A stretch of DNA of 64,000 nt, taken from the NCBI GenBank assembly GCA_963771275.1, contig CAVYSW010000003.1, positions 768,001-832,000 of the forward strand, read 5' to 3'. Shown in pieces: positions 1 to 9,259 of this stretch. The notes beneath the pieces are model-generated. The model was not told where the DNA came from and searched no databases. It saw nothing but the letters and a program-made list of their open reading frames with translations. The stretch is from an uncultured Gemmatimonadales bacterium (GTDB lineage Bacteria > Gemmatimonadota > Gemmatimonadetes > Gemmatimonadales > GWC2-71-9). Both the position numbers and the translations under genes were made by a program. The first letter of the stretch is position 1. Each line of letters opens with the position of its first letter.

Positions 1-692
1 ACGAGAGCCCCGAGGTGAGGGTCGTAGACGTGCACCAGTCCGCCATCCGTCACGGCTAGGTCGACCTCCCCGCCGGGCAGGCGCGGGGCCGACAGGACAG
101 CGTCCGGGTACAGGTCCCAAGGGCGCTCGGCGAACGGTCGCGCGATCCCGTCACGATCGATGGCCAGCAGGTAGTTGCGCTGGTCGTAGGCGCTGACGTA
201 GAGCGTCCCGTCCGGTCCGTACGCGACCTGGGTGAAGCCGTTGGGCAGCAGGACGTTGCGGCGGAACCTGCCTTCCGCCCCGAACACCGAGATCCTCCCG
301 TTGTTCACCTCCGTGACGGCGTACTCACCTTGCCAGACCGCCAGCCCGTAGATGCCACGAAGCTCTCCGGGGCCGGAGCCCGGCCGGCCGATGAACTGGA
401 TCGGGTGAAACGCCGAGTCGAAGACCACGAGCCGCGAGTTCGCAACCTCCAGTACGAGCATTCGATCGTCCTGGAACCGCACATCTATCGCGCGCGCGAA
501 TCCCCCGCCGTCAGGTTCGGGGGAGATCGGCCGCTCAAGCGCGACCTCGTGGGCAATGAGCGGCCTCGGGTCTGAATCGGCCTCAGGAATCGTGACAGCG
601 GATGTACCACGCGAGCAGGCAACGAGGAGCGCCGCCGCGGAGACGCGGGCCGCGATTCGGAGACTGGATGGCAGCGAATGACGACGTACCAT
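1..692 (-). CDS. 6-bladed beta-propeller (NHL-like) lipoprotein, 3' end runs off the window
   Basis: Absent from the ORF track; translated by hand from ATG at 692 (SD GAGAGGA): MVRRHSLPSSLRIAARVSAAALLVAC (lipobox) ... IGRPGSGPGEL blade motif. Frame stays open to base 1. Confidence 0.8.
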   Translation of the reverse strand, partial: MVRRHSLPSSLRIAARVSAAALLVACSRGTSAVTIPEADSDPRPLIAHEVALERPISPEPDGGGFARAIDVRFQDDRMLVLEVANSRLVVFDSAFHPIQFIGRPGSGPGELRGIYGLAVWQGEYAVTEVNNGRISVFGAEGRFRRNVLLPNGFTQVAYGPDGTLYVSAYDQRNYLLAIDRDGIARPFAERPWDLYPDAVLSAPRLPGGEVDLAVTDGGLVHVYDPHLGAL

Positions 693-721
693 GTGATCCT
701 CTCGACACGATTGGTTGGCAG

Positions 722-761
722 CGGGAGCGGGCCCGCCGCGCGACTCGGCGGACCCGTCCCG
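722..761 (-). terminator. GC-rich intergenic stem-loop between the small secreted protein and the propeller lipoprotein
   Basis: CGGGAGCGGGCCCGCCG...CGGCGGACCCGTCCCG imperfect inverted repeat; no clear U-tract. Confidence 0.45.
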
Positions 762-781
762 GTTTCAGCATCTGTGGACCT

Positions 782-1108
782 TCAACGGATGACTCTGCCG
801 GTGCGGCAGTCCACTTTGACGACCTCCTGGGTCACCTGGTTCTGGTAGTAGCCCACGTGGAACTGCTCCGAGGTGGTGCCTGTCACGCTGGCGTTGATGC
901 CGCACGAGCCGCCTCCCGCCCCGAGCGTCCCGCTGGTCGTCTCGGTCACCAGCGACTGGGATTGTAGCTGGTACGGTTGGCCGGTCTGCCCGCCGACCGC
1001 GTCTGCCGGGCAGTCGCTCGGGTCCGCCAGGAGCGGGCCACCGCTCAGTGCGAAGAGTGCAATCAGAAACGTGCACGTCCTGATGAAGGTTCCGGTCTTC
1101 TTCAGCAT
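782..1108 (-). CDS. Small secreted protein (108 aa), Gly/Ser/Thr-rich, three Cys in the mature region
   Basis: SD GGAGGG before ATG; Sec-type signal (MLKK...LIALFALSGGPLLA); low Arg/Pro content unlike shadow ORFs. Confidence 0.8.
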   Translation of the reverse strand: MLKKTGTFIRTCTFLIALFALSGGPLLADPSDCPADAVGGQTGQPYQLQSQSLVTETTSGTLGAGGGSCGINASVTGTTSEQFHVGYYQNQVTQEVVKVDCRTGRVIR

Positions 1109-1301
1109 CTATCCCTCCACGCGCCTTGAGCCGGCGCGAACAAGTGGTTCGAACCCGGCCGCGATCGTCGGGCCGGGGAGATACGATCGGGCCATCCGCC
1201 CGCACGGCCATAGGCGAAACGCGGCGGCCGGTGTCGTTTTCACGCCAAGCGAGCGGGCCTGCGACCTTCGGGGCGTCGGGTGCATCTTTCACCGGTGGGT
1301 T

Positions 1302-1356
1302 GGCCAATAGCCGATAGCCGACAGCGGTTTCGGTTTCACTCTTCACTTTTCACTCC
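1302..1356. repeat. Composite heptamer tandem repeat (GCCGATA-like, then TTTTCAC-like) upstream of propeller gene 1
   Basis: gccaata gccgata gccgaca ... tttcact cttcact tttcact. Confidence 0.7.
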
Positions 1357-1365
1357 ATTCCCACA

Positions 1366-2499
1366 ATGCGCTCACTCCTGACCACTCTCCTCGTCGCGGC
1401 GCTCAGTGCGGACGCCGCCGCGCAGACCCGACCGATCCCGCTCGGCAAGCCGGATGCAACGTTCCCGGAGCCGGTGAGCTCGCCCGTGGGATTCCGCGCC
1501 CTGAGCGACGGCCGCCTGCTCGTGGCCGACAACATCGAGTCGACCGTGTCGCTGCTCGACTTCCGGACCGGCCAGGCGACGGCCGTCGGCCGGCAGGGCG
1601 AAGGCCCAGGGGAGTTCGGCATGCCGGGGGCGCTCTATGCCGGCGCCGCCGACACCACGTACATGATGGACATGGGGAACCGGCGCCTGCTGGTGATCAC
1701 CGCGGACGGCACGATTAGCAGCAGCACGGTTCCCCTGTTCCATCAATCCGGCTGGCCGATCCTCCCCCGCGGCGTCGACGCCAAGGGACGGATCTATTTC
1801 GATCTGGGCGGCATCGCCATGCCGGGACTGAACGAGATGGTCACGTCCGGCCGGGCCCCGCTGATCCGCTGGGATCGCGCCGCCGGCCAAATGGACACCC
1901 TCGCCTACGTCCAGTTCCCGCCGCAGCCGGCGGCGGGGCCGGGACAGGTCCGCGTCTCGATCGGCGGTGGCGCCTACCAGCCGCGCGACGACTGGGCGGT
2001 GCAGCCGGACGGCCGGGTCGGGCTCGCGCGGGCGACGGCGTACCATGTCGAGTGGTACGGCACCGGAGCACCGGTGATCGGACCGCACGTCGACTACACG
2101 CCCGTCAAGATCGGCAGCGCGGAGAAGAACGCCTGGGCGGATCAGGCGGCGGCGCGCGGCCTCGCGGTCGAGATCGTGAACGGCCAGCGGCGCACGACTC
2201 GGCTCCCCCGCCCGAACGTCGATCAGCAGCAATGGCCCGAGGTGATGCCCCCGTTCACGGGCTCGCGAGCCGTCCTCGCCGCGCCGAGCGGGGAGCTGTG
2301 GGTCCGGCGGGCACAGCCCGCGGGCAGCAAGACGACCGTCTACGACGTGTTCGACGCCGCCGGCCGCCTCGCGCGGCAAGCCTCGCTGGACGGGGACCGC
2401 ACCGTGTTGGGCTTTGGGCCGGGAGCGGTATACGTGGCGCGGAGCGACGAAGACGATCTGATGTGGATCGAGCGGTATCGTTGGCCGGTTAGCCGTTAG
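1366..2499 (+). CDS. Secreted 6-bladed beta-propeller protein (paralogue 1)
   Basis: Signal peptide (AAAQ); VGRQGEGPGEF motif; C-terminal YDVFDAAGRL...YVARSDEDDLMWIERYR. Confidence 0.85.
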   Translation: MRSLLTTLLVAALSADAAAQTRPIPLGKPDATFPEPVSSPVGFRALSDGRLLVADNIESTVSLLDFRTGQATAVGRQGEGPGEFGMPGALYAGAADTTYMMDMGNRRLLVITADGTISSSTVPLFHQSGWPILPRGVDAKGRIYFDLGGIAMPGLNEMVTSGRAPLIRWDRAAGQMDTLAYVQFPPQPAAGPGQVRVSIGGGAYQPRDDWAVQPDGRVGLARATAYHVEWYGTGAPVIGPHVDYTPVKIGSAEKNAWADQAAARGLAVEIVNGQRRTTRLPRPNVDQQQWPEVMPPFTGSRAVLAAPSGELWVRRAQPAGSKTTVYDVFDAAGRLARQASLDGDRTVLGFGPGAVYVARSDEDDLMWIERYRWPVSR

Positions 2500-2556
2500 C
2501 CGTTGGCCGTTGGCCGACGGTCGTTCCTTTTCACTTTTCACTTTTCACATTCACTC
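2482..2556. repeat. Composite heptamer tandem repeat (GCCGTTR, then TTTTCAC) upstream of propeller gene 2
   Basis: gccgtta gccgttg gccgttg gccgacg ... ttttcac ttttcac ttttcac attcac. Confidence 0.75.
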
Positions 2557-2558
2557 AT

Positions 2559-3713
2559 ATGCGCACGATCCTGACCCCCCTCCTCCTGGCTGCGGCCGCT
2601 TCGTCGGTCTCGGCCCAGTCCGCCCCCACCGTCACGCTCTCGCGGAGCGACGCCCGGTTCGCCGAGCCGTTCAGCAGCCTCGTGGGAATCCGCGAGCTCG
2701 CCGACGGTCGCCTCGTCGTCTCGGACCGACTCGAGCAATCGGTGTCCGTGCTTGATTTCCGCACGGGCACGATGACGCCGCTCGGGCGCCAGGGCCAGGG
2801 TCCCGGCGAGTACACGATGCCGGGGGCGCTGTTCGCCTTTCCGGGCGACTCCACCATGCTGCTCGACCTGGGCAACATGCGCGGGATCATCGTGACCCCG
2901 GGCGGGACTATGGGGAAGACTATCGATCTCCAGAGCCCCGAGGGCCTGCCACTCATCCCGCGGGCCGCGGATGGCCGAGGTCGCCTGTACGCGCAGCCGG
3001 CGCTCATGCTGCGGGGGAACACGACGACCTCCGGGCCGGACTCGACGCCGCTGCTTCGCCTCACGCCGGCGACCAAGATGATCGACACGGTGGCGTGGCT
3101 CGCCAACTCGGGCATCGCGGGCGGTGGCGGCGCTTTTTCGTCTCGCAGCGGTGGAAGTGGAGGCGGCGGCCCCCGGAACATCAGCTTGCGCGCGCGCCCC
3201 TACTCGCCGGACGACGGCTGGGCCGTGACGCCCGACGGACGGATCGCCGTCGCGCGCGCGACCGGCTACCACGTCGAGTGGCTGGCGCCCGGCGGCCGGC
3301 GCACTTCAGGTCCGGCGCTCCCCTATGAGCCCGTGAAGATCGGCAAGGCGGAGAAGGAACAATGGGCCGACCAGCGGGCGAAGGGCAGCGTCATGATCAT
3401 GCGCACGCCCCAGGGCTCGCAGACGATGCGGGCGCCCAAGCCCAACATCGACGAGCAGGACTGGCCGGAGACCAAGCCGCCGTTCGAGGCGCAGGGCGTG
3501 CTCGCCACGCCCGAAGGCGAGATCTGGATCCGCGTCTCGCAGCCCGCGAATGCCAAAGCGGTGGTGTTCGACGTCGTGGACGCGTCAGGCCGGCTCGTGA
3601 AGCACGTCAGGTTGCCGGACGGACGGCGTCTCGTGGGCTTCGGCAAGGGCACGCTCTACGCCGTCCAGACGGACGCCGACGATCTGGAGTGGCTGGAGCG
3701 GTATCGCCGATAG
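2559..3713 (+). CDS. Secreted 6-bladed beta-propeller protein (paralogue 2, tandem duplicate)
   Basis: Colinear with 1366..2499 (GRQGQGPGEY, MLLDLGNMR, PVKIGKAEKEQWADQ, DDLEWLERYR). Confidence 0.85.
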   Translation: MRTILTPLLLAAAASSVSAQSAPTVTLSRSDARFAEPFSSLVGIRELADGRLVVSDRLEQSVSVLDFRTGTMTPLGRQGQGPGEYTMPGALFAFPGDSTMLLDLGNMRGIIVTPGGTMGKTIDLQSPEGLPLIPRAADGRGRLYAQPALMLRGNTTTSGPDSTPLLRLTPATKMIDTVAWLANSGIAGGGGAFSSRSGGSGGGGPRNISLRARPYSPDDGWAVTPDGRIAVARATGYHVEWLAPGGRRTSGPALPYEPVKIGKAEKEQWADQRAKGSVMIMRTPQGSQTMRAPKPNIDEQDWPETKPPFEAQGVLATPEGEIWIRVSQPANAKAVVFDVVDASGRLVKHVRLPDGRRLVGFGKGTLYAVQTDADDLEWLERYRR

Positions 3714-3814
3714 CCGATGGCCGATAGCCGATGGCCGATGGCGCCATGACACATCGTGCTCCATGGCCGTCCATCCCTATCCCGATCGTATCGGCTATCG
3801 GCCATCGGCTATCG
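3708..3814. repeat. Heptamer-built 25-bp perfect inverted repeat
   Basis: CGATAGCCGATGGCCGATAGCCGAT (3708-3732) is the exact reverse complement of 3790-3814. Confidence 0.85.
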
Positions 3815-3819
3815 CAGTT

Positions 3820-3848
3820 GCAACATTTCACGCCTCTCATGCGTCTAA
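3820..3848 (+). promoter_or_regulatory. Putative ECF-sigma promoter
   Basis: GCAAC-N17-CGTCTAA upstream of SD GGGAGG (3871-3876) and ATG 3884. Confidence 0.5.
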
Positions 3849-3883
3849 TCAAGTGAGGTCCGGAACACACGGGAGGCGCTGAG

Positions 3884-4120
3884 ATGGTCGTGCATGCTGC
3901 GGGACGCGGGATTCGGTTGCCGCGATTCTTGCCCGCCACGCGCCCCGTGCGTCCCGATCGCCGGCGGGTACCGCGGAACGATTTCATCCTGCGGGACTCC
4001 GTCGGGATCCTGCTCGGCGTCGTGACGGGTGTGCGGGGTGGCCTGCGGTTCGGCCCTCTGGCCCCGACGCTGTACCTCAGGCGGGTGACCTCGCTGCCGG
4101 GTGAACGACCCGTGATGTGA
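3884..4120 (+). CDS. Hypothetical small basic protein (78 aa)
   Basis: Good SD and an ECF-like promoter; no recognisable domain. Confidence 0.45.
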   Translation: MVVHAAGRGIRLPRFLPATRPVRPDRRRVPRNDFILRDSVGILLGVVTGVRGGLRFGPLAPTLYLRRVTSLPGERPVM

Positions 4121-4130
4121 TAGATCGAGC

Positions 4131-4236
4131 GCTGATGGCCGAGAGCCGATGCCGTCCGGATCGCGATAGCGCGACATTGCAAGGTCGCCCTCTCACGTAA
4201 CGTTCGGCCATCGGCGATCGGCCATCGGCCATTCGG
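4131..4236. repeat. Second heptamer (GCCGATG-type) imperfect inverted repeat
   Basis: gatggccgagagccgat pairs with atcggcgatcggccatc, 2 mismatches. Confidence 0.55.
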
Positions 4237-4240
4237 CCCA

Positions 4241-5878
4241 TCAGAACCGCCAGGCCCCGCTCACCGTCACGAACCGGTACTGGTAGTTCCCCACGTCGGA
4301 CGCGAACAGCGCCATGCCGAGGGTGGAGTAGCCACCCACGACCGCGATCTCGCGTTCCGGCCCCACCGCATAGCGCAGCTCACCTTGAAGGCGCACGGCG
4401 GCACCAAAGCTGCCGCCGCCGATCTTCTGGAGTCCCGGCGCGACTTCCACCGCCGGGATGATCATATGGAACGCCCGCTGCCAGCGCGCAGGGGCCTCGA
4501 TCAGCACGTAGAGATCGGGATCGAAGTACCCGTCGCTCAGGTCCTTCTGGAACCCGAAGACCCGCGCCGCGGCGCCCACGGTGAAGTCGCGCACGATCCG
4601 CCGGCTCACGGCCGCCGCCCCGGCCGTCCGGTCGTTCGCCTCGCTGCCCGCGAACCGCGCCAGCGAGAAGGCGCCGTTCAAGGTCCACCCTCCCGGCGGC
4701 GCCGCGCGGAGGTCGAGAGCGAGCTGCCGGACCGTGACGCGATTCTGCACCAGCGGCGCCGTGCCGTCGATCGGGTCGTGCGTAAACGAGACGGTACCGA
4801 TGACCGGCTCGCGGGCGGGGCTCGACACCCGAAGCATGTAGCGCGTCACGGCGTCGGCCCCCGCGACGTCCGACGCGCTGGCACCCAGCCCCGCGCTGAA
4901 CCCCCACCCGGGCTCCGCCTGGGTCCAGACCTCCAGCAATCCCCCGTAGGCCTGGCGCGACAGCGGGGCGGCGCCGCCCAGCGACAACCAGCGGTAGTAG
5001 CCGCCGGCGCGGAGCTCCACGCGCGGGCCCGGTCGCCACGCCGAGCGCGCCGCCAGCGTGCTGATCCCGTTGCCGTCGTTGTCCGACTCGTAGCCGAAGC
5101 TCGACGCCGTGCGCGGGCGCAGGGCGAGCTCGGCCAGCCGGCGCTCGGTGCGCAGGTCCGGGTCGTTGGGCGCCGCCGGCGCCGCGCGACGGATGACGGC
5201 GAGCGCCGCCGCGTCGCGCCCCTCCCAGCGGAGCGTCTGCGCCAGCCCGATCGCCGCGGTGGTGAACGTCGAGTCGCGCGCCAGCAGCAGGCGCCAGCGA
5301 CGCTCGGCGTCCTTGAGGTGCCCCTGCCAGCCCCGCACGCGCGCCAGGCCCGCGAGCGCGTCCACATCCGTCGTGTCCTCCGCGAGGAGGCTGTCGTACA
5401 GCGCCGTCGCCTCACGGTACCGGCCCGACCAGGAGAGAAACAGCGCGCGTGCTTCCAGCGCCGGGGCGTACCGGGGCGCCCGCGCCAGCACCTCGTCCAG
5501 ATCGCGGAGCGCCTCGGGCAGGTGGCCCTGCCACGCGCGCACGCGCGCCCGGCCCACCGCCGCCTCCAGGTTGCCGGGCGCGATCCTGAGCAACCGATCG
5601 AACAGCCGCAGGCTCTGCTCGTACCGCCCCGCCCACCCCGCCATCAGGCCAAGGCGCTCCAGGGCCACCATGTCACCCGAGTCGGTGGCAAGACGCCGGC
5701 TGTAGAGCGTCCACGCGGACTGGGTGTCGCCGCGGTCCCAGGCGCGATCCGCGTCGTCCTGCGCGCGCGCCGGCCGCCCGGGTAGCAGCAGCGCGAGCAG
5801 GATGAGGCCGGGCCACACGATGTACCGAGCGCGGCGCCGCGCCGCGCCGGTCGGACGTGGTGTTGCGCCGCCCCTCAC
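4241..5878 (-). CDS. Secreted TPR-repeat protein with probable C-terminal outer-membrane beta-barrel
   Basis: GTG start overlaps the upstream stop (GTGA); signal ending ARAQ; repeated GLARVRGWQG-type TPR helices; amphipathic beta C-terminus ending GAWRF. Confidence 0.75.
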   Translation of the reverse strand: MRGGATPRPTGAARRRARYIVWPGLILLALLLPGRPARAQDDADRAWDRGDTQSAWTLYSRRLATDSGDMVALERLGLMAGWAGRYEQSLRLFDRLLRIAPGNLEAAVGRARVRAWQGHLPEALRDLDEVLARAPRYAPALEARALFLSWSGRYREATALYDSLLAEDTTDVDALAGLARVRGWQGHLKDAERRWRLLLARDSTFTTAAIGLAQTLRWEGRDAAALAVIRRAAPAAPNDPDLRTERRLAELALRPRTASSFGYESDNDGNGISTLAARSAWRPGPRVELRAGGYYRWLSLGGAAPLSRQAYGGLLEVWTQAEPGWGFSAGLGASASDVAGADAVTRYMLRVSSPAREPVIGTVSFTHDPIDGTAPLVQNRVTVRQLALDLRAAPPGGWTLNGAFSLARFAGSEANDRTAGAAAVSRRIVRDFTVGAAARVFGFQKDLSDGYFDPDLYVLIEAPARWQRAFHMIIPAVEVAPGLQKIGGGSFGAAVRLQGELRYAVGPEREIAVVGGYSTLGMALFASDVGNYQYRFVTVSGAWRF

Positions 5879-6927
5879 TGCGGGATCTCCACCACGATTT
5901 TCCCCATGTGGTCGCCACCCGCGAGGCGCTCGAACGCGCCGATCGCGTCCGTCAACGAGAAGACCGAATCCACCAGCGGCCGTAGCGCGCCCCTGCCGAG
6001 CAGTACCACAATCGCGCGGTACTCCGCCGCGTTGCCCATGGTGGACCCGAGCAGATTCCACTGATACCAGAACATCCGCCGCAGATCGACCGCCACCGCG
6101 GGGCCCGTCGTGGCGCCGCAAGTGACGAGTCGCCCCCGGCGCGCGAGCATGCGAAGCGACTGCTCCCACGTCGCCGCGCCGACGCTGTCCACGATCACGT
6201 CCACACCGCGCCGTTCGGTGAGGCGCCGCACCTCTCCCGGCACGTCCACCCTGGCGTGGTTCAGCGTCACGTCGGCGCCGAGCGCGCGCGCCCGCTCGAG
6301 CTTGGCATCGCTCGACGAGGTCACGATCGCGAAGGCGCCCATCAGCTTGGCGATCTGGAGCGCCGCGCCGGAGACGCCGCCGCCGATCCCCCAGATGAAA
6401 ACGGTCTCGCCGGGCAAGAGCTTGGCCCGGGTCACGAGCATGCGCCAGGCGGTGAGGGTGACGAGCGAGTAGGCCGCGGCGTCGACGAACGTGACGGGGC
6501 CGGGCGCCGTGCGCTGCGGGATCGGCAGCACGTTCTGCTCGGGGACGACGATGTAGTCGGCGAGCGTGCCGTTGAGGTGCTCGCCGAGCAGCCGGTACTC
6601 CGGGCACAGCGAATGCTCGCCGGCGAGGCACGTGTCGCAGCGATAACAGGGAATCCCGGGATTGAGCATCACCGCGTCGCCGGGCGCGAGCCGGGTGACG
6701 TCCCGGCCGACCGCCTCCACCACGCCCGCCCCGTCGCCGCCCAGAATGTGCGGGAATTCGAGCGCGAGGCCCGGCAGCCCCCGGACGGTCCAGAGATCGA
6801 GGTGATTGAGCGCGGCCGCCTTGAGCCGCACGAGCACGTCGCCACCCCGCTGGATCGCCGGAGCGGGTCGGTCGGCGATCGCGAGCTGGGAGAAATCGCC
6901 GTGCCCGCGGAGCACCAGCGCTTTCAT
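5875..6927 (-). CDS. Zinc-binding dehydrogenase (MDR family)
   Basis: MKALVLRG start; AALNHLD, PHILGGDGAG, structural-Zn CYRCDTC...C, GIGGGVS, HMGKIVV. Confidence 0.9.
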   Translation of the reverse strand: MKALVLRGHGDFSQLAIADRPAPAIQRGGDVLVRLKAAALNHLDLWTVRGLPGLALEFPHILGGDGAGVVEAVGRDVTRLAPGDAVMLNPGIPCYRCDTCLAGEHSLCPEYRLLGEHLNGTLADYIVVPEQNVLPIPQRTAPGPVTFVDAAAYSLVTLTAWRMLVTRAKLLPGETVFIWGIGGGVSGAALQIAKLMGAFAIVTSSSDAKLERARALGADVTLNHARVDVPGEVRRLTERRGVDVIVDSVGAATWEQSLRMLARRGRLVTCGATTGPAVAVDLRRMFWYQWNLLGSTMGNAAEYRAIVVLLGRGALRPLVDSVFSLTDAIGAFERLAGGDHMGKIVVEIPQ

Positions 6928-6959
6928 GAGACCGGAGCCATGTCGCCGGGGACGGAGGC

Positions 6960-9197
6960 CTAGGGGTGGACCGGAAGGCGGAACGCCGGGCGCGACTGCT
7001 GCTCTGTCTCGCTCCGGGCGATGGCGATCGGCGGGCGGCCGTCGAGCGGGAACGCGACGAGCCGCGTCACCAGGCCGCCGCCCGTCCCGAAGGCGCTCAC
7101 CTCGAGCGCCAGCACGTCTCCTCCTCCGGAGATCGCGAAGTCCGTCACCGCGAGCTCCACCGGCGTGAGGACGACCGGCTCGCCGCCCGCCGCGGGCTGG
7201 CGCATGACCAGCGAGGCGATCCGTCCGCCTTCCCCGCGCTCCTGCAGGTAGGCGAGGTCGCCGTTCGGGAACCACGCCGCGCGCGTCTCCTTGAGCCGCG
7301 AGGCGTGCGCCCGCCGCGGATTGCCGCCGTCGGCATCCATCACGTAGATCTGATAATTGCCATCCCGCGTCGACGTGAACGCAATCGACCGTCCGTCGGG
7401 TGAGGGGGCCGGCTCGACGCTGGTGGCGTCGCCCGCCGTCAGCTGTCTCGGGGCGGACCCATCCGCATGCACGATCCAGATCTGGGAGCGCCCGCCGCCC
7501 GCCGGCGGCGCCGAATACGTGATCGCCCGGCCGTCGCGCGTGAAGCGCGGCGTGAGCTCCGTTTCCGGCGTGCTGGTGAGCCGGCGCGGGCCGGAGCCGT
7601 CCGCGTTCGCGACGTACAGGTCGAAGTGCCCGTCGGGATTGGCCACGTAGACGATGCTCGCGCCGTCGGGCGAGAACGACCCGTTGGTCTCGGTCGCCGG
7701 ATCGCGGGTCACCTGGCGCAGCCGCTCGGGCGCCTCGGGATCCACCGTCCACAGGTCGGCCGAGCCGCCGCGCGTGGACGTGAACAGCAGCCGTCCCTGG
7801 ACGAACACCACGGCCGTATCCGCCCGGCCCCACGGGGCGGCCACCACGATGTCCGCGCGACCGACACCCACGGCGGTCACGGTCCCCGCTTGGGTGACCT
7901 GCGCGACATCCGGGGCGAGGGACGCCCACGTGACGCCGGCGGCCGGCCCGAGGCTTTGTCCGGCATCGTCGACGAAATTCACGCTGAGCGGTAGCGTGTC
8001 GCCGACGCCGAGCCCGCCGCGATCCGGCGCGAGCGCCAGCCCTCCGGCCACGACGTTGATCTCCCAGCGAAGCTCCGGGCCGGGGGGCGCGCTGGCCACC
8101 ACAAGCTGGGTGCGCCCGACCGCAAGTCCCGTGAGCGTTCCGCTGGTGCGATCGAAGCCCGCGATCGTGGTATCCCGCACCGACCAGAACAGCGGCGCCT
8201 CGGGCACGGGAGTCGTGTCGGCCGCCAGGGCCCGCGCGGTGAAGCGCCGCGAGCCACTGACCGGCAACGTCACGATCGTGTCCGCCGGCGTCACCCCGAG
8301 CATGACGACGGGTCGGTGCACCGCCACCTGCAGCTCGCCCGTGCGACCGAGCCCCTCGGCCGTGATCACGGCGCTGCCCGGCGCGACCGCGCGCGCGACG
8401 CCGAGTGGCGTGACCCGCACGACCGACTCGTCGCTCGAGCGCCAGGTGAACGCCGTGTTGGACAACGCGCGGTTCCCCTGGGTCGGCACCACCACCGCGA
8501 TCGCGTGCTCCGTGCCCGGAGAGAGCGCCAGCATCGAGACCGCGAACCAGAACGGCACCGCCGCCACCTCGACGGAGGCGCGCGTCGCGAGCCCGGAGCC
8601 GGCGCGGAGCTCGATCACGCCGCTGCCCTCGCCCAGTCCAACCACGACGCCGGCGTCGTTCACGCTCACTACCGAGGGGGTGAGCGAGCTCCAGGTTACG
8701 GTGACGGGACTCGCCGCGCTCCCGTCCTCACGCAGGAACGCCACGTGCAGCTGGCGGGACTCGGCCGGCAGCAGCTGGACGTTGGCGGGCTCGATGCGCA
8801 GCACGGCGGGCGGGATCGCCGGGGGGGCCGGCTGGGGCGGCGGCGCGACCGGGGTCGCGGCTTCCACGTGCACTACCATGGACTCGGACTTGCCGGCCAC
8901 GCGCGCCGTCACCTGCGCCGCTCCCGGCCCGACGCCGATCAACGTCGCCAGATCGGACTGATCCTCGTCCGTCTCGACGCGCACGATGGTCGAGTCGTCG
9001 CTCGCCCACGCGAACTTCTGCTCGAGCAGAATGGCCCCGCTCGCGTCGTACGCCGTGGCGTAGACCTGCAAGCGCCCGCCCACTTTGACGTCGGCCCGGC
9101 GATGCGACAACTGCACGCTCGCCACTTGCGATGCCGCCGTGGACGCGGCACCGACCAGCAGCAGGACGGCAAGAGGCACGAATCGGCAGCGGACCAT
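6960..9197 (-). CDS. Secreted protein with tandem Ig-like (Big_2) domains and a C-terminal TolB-like (PD40) propeller
   Basis: Signal peptide; about five WxS(S/D)...V..V...G.V Big_2-like repeats; FSPDG/PSPDG PD40 repeats. Confidence 0.85.
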   Translation of the reverse strand: MVRCRFVPLAVLLLVGAASTAASQVASVQLSHRRADVKVGGRLQVYATAYDASGAILLEQKFAWASDDSTIVRVETDEDQSDLATLIGVGPGAAQVTARVAGKSESMVVHVEAATPVAPPPQPAPPAIPPAVLRIEPANVQLLPAESRQLHVAFLREDGSAASPVTVTWSSLTPSVVSVNDAGVVVGLGEGSGVIELRAGSGLATRASVEVAAVPFWFAVSMLALSPGTEHAIAVVVPTQGNRALSNTAFTWRSSDESVVRVTPLGVARAVAPGSAVITAEGLGRTGELQVAVHRPVVMLGVTPADTIVTLPVSGSRRFTARALAADTTPVPEAPLFWSVRDTTIAGFDRTSGTLTGLAVGRTQLVVASAPPGPELRWEINVVAGGLALAPDRGGLGVGDTLPLSVNFVDDAGQSLGPAAGVTWASLAPDVAQVTQAGTVTAVGVGRADIVVAAPWGRADTAVVFVQGRLLFTSTRGGSADLWTVDPEAPERLRQVTRDPATETNGSFSPDGASIVYVANPDGHFDLYVANADGSGPRRLTSTPETELTPRFTRDGRAITYSAPPAGGGRSQIWIVHADGSAPRQLTAGDATSVEPAPSPDGRSIAFTSTRDGNYQIYVMDADGGNPRRAHASRLKETRAAWFPNGDLAYLQERGEGGRIASLVMRQPAAGGEPVVLTPVELAVTDFAISGGGDVLALEVSAFGTGGGLVTRLVAFPLDGRPPIAIARSETEQQSRPAFRLPVHP

Positions 9198-9259
9198 GTG
9201 CTCCCCGAGGCCCCGCCGGAGGGGGCCTAACTTCAAACGACATCTAGAGATACGTCGCG

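Noticed and set aside
782..1108. Classical RiPP precursor
   Set aside because: It has a Sec-type signal and no modification enzyme is visible in the window; this cannot be excluded beyond the left edge.
3700..4240. Repeats considered as a CRISPR array, integron attC sites or a MITE
   Set aside because: Units are 7-bp tandem repeats without unique spacers; I saw no cas gene, integrase or target-site duplication.
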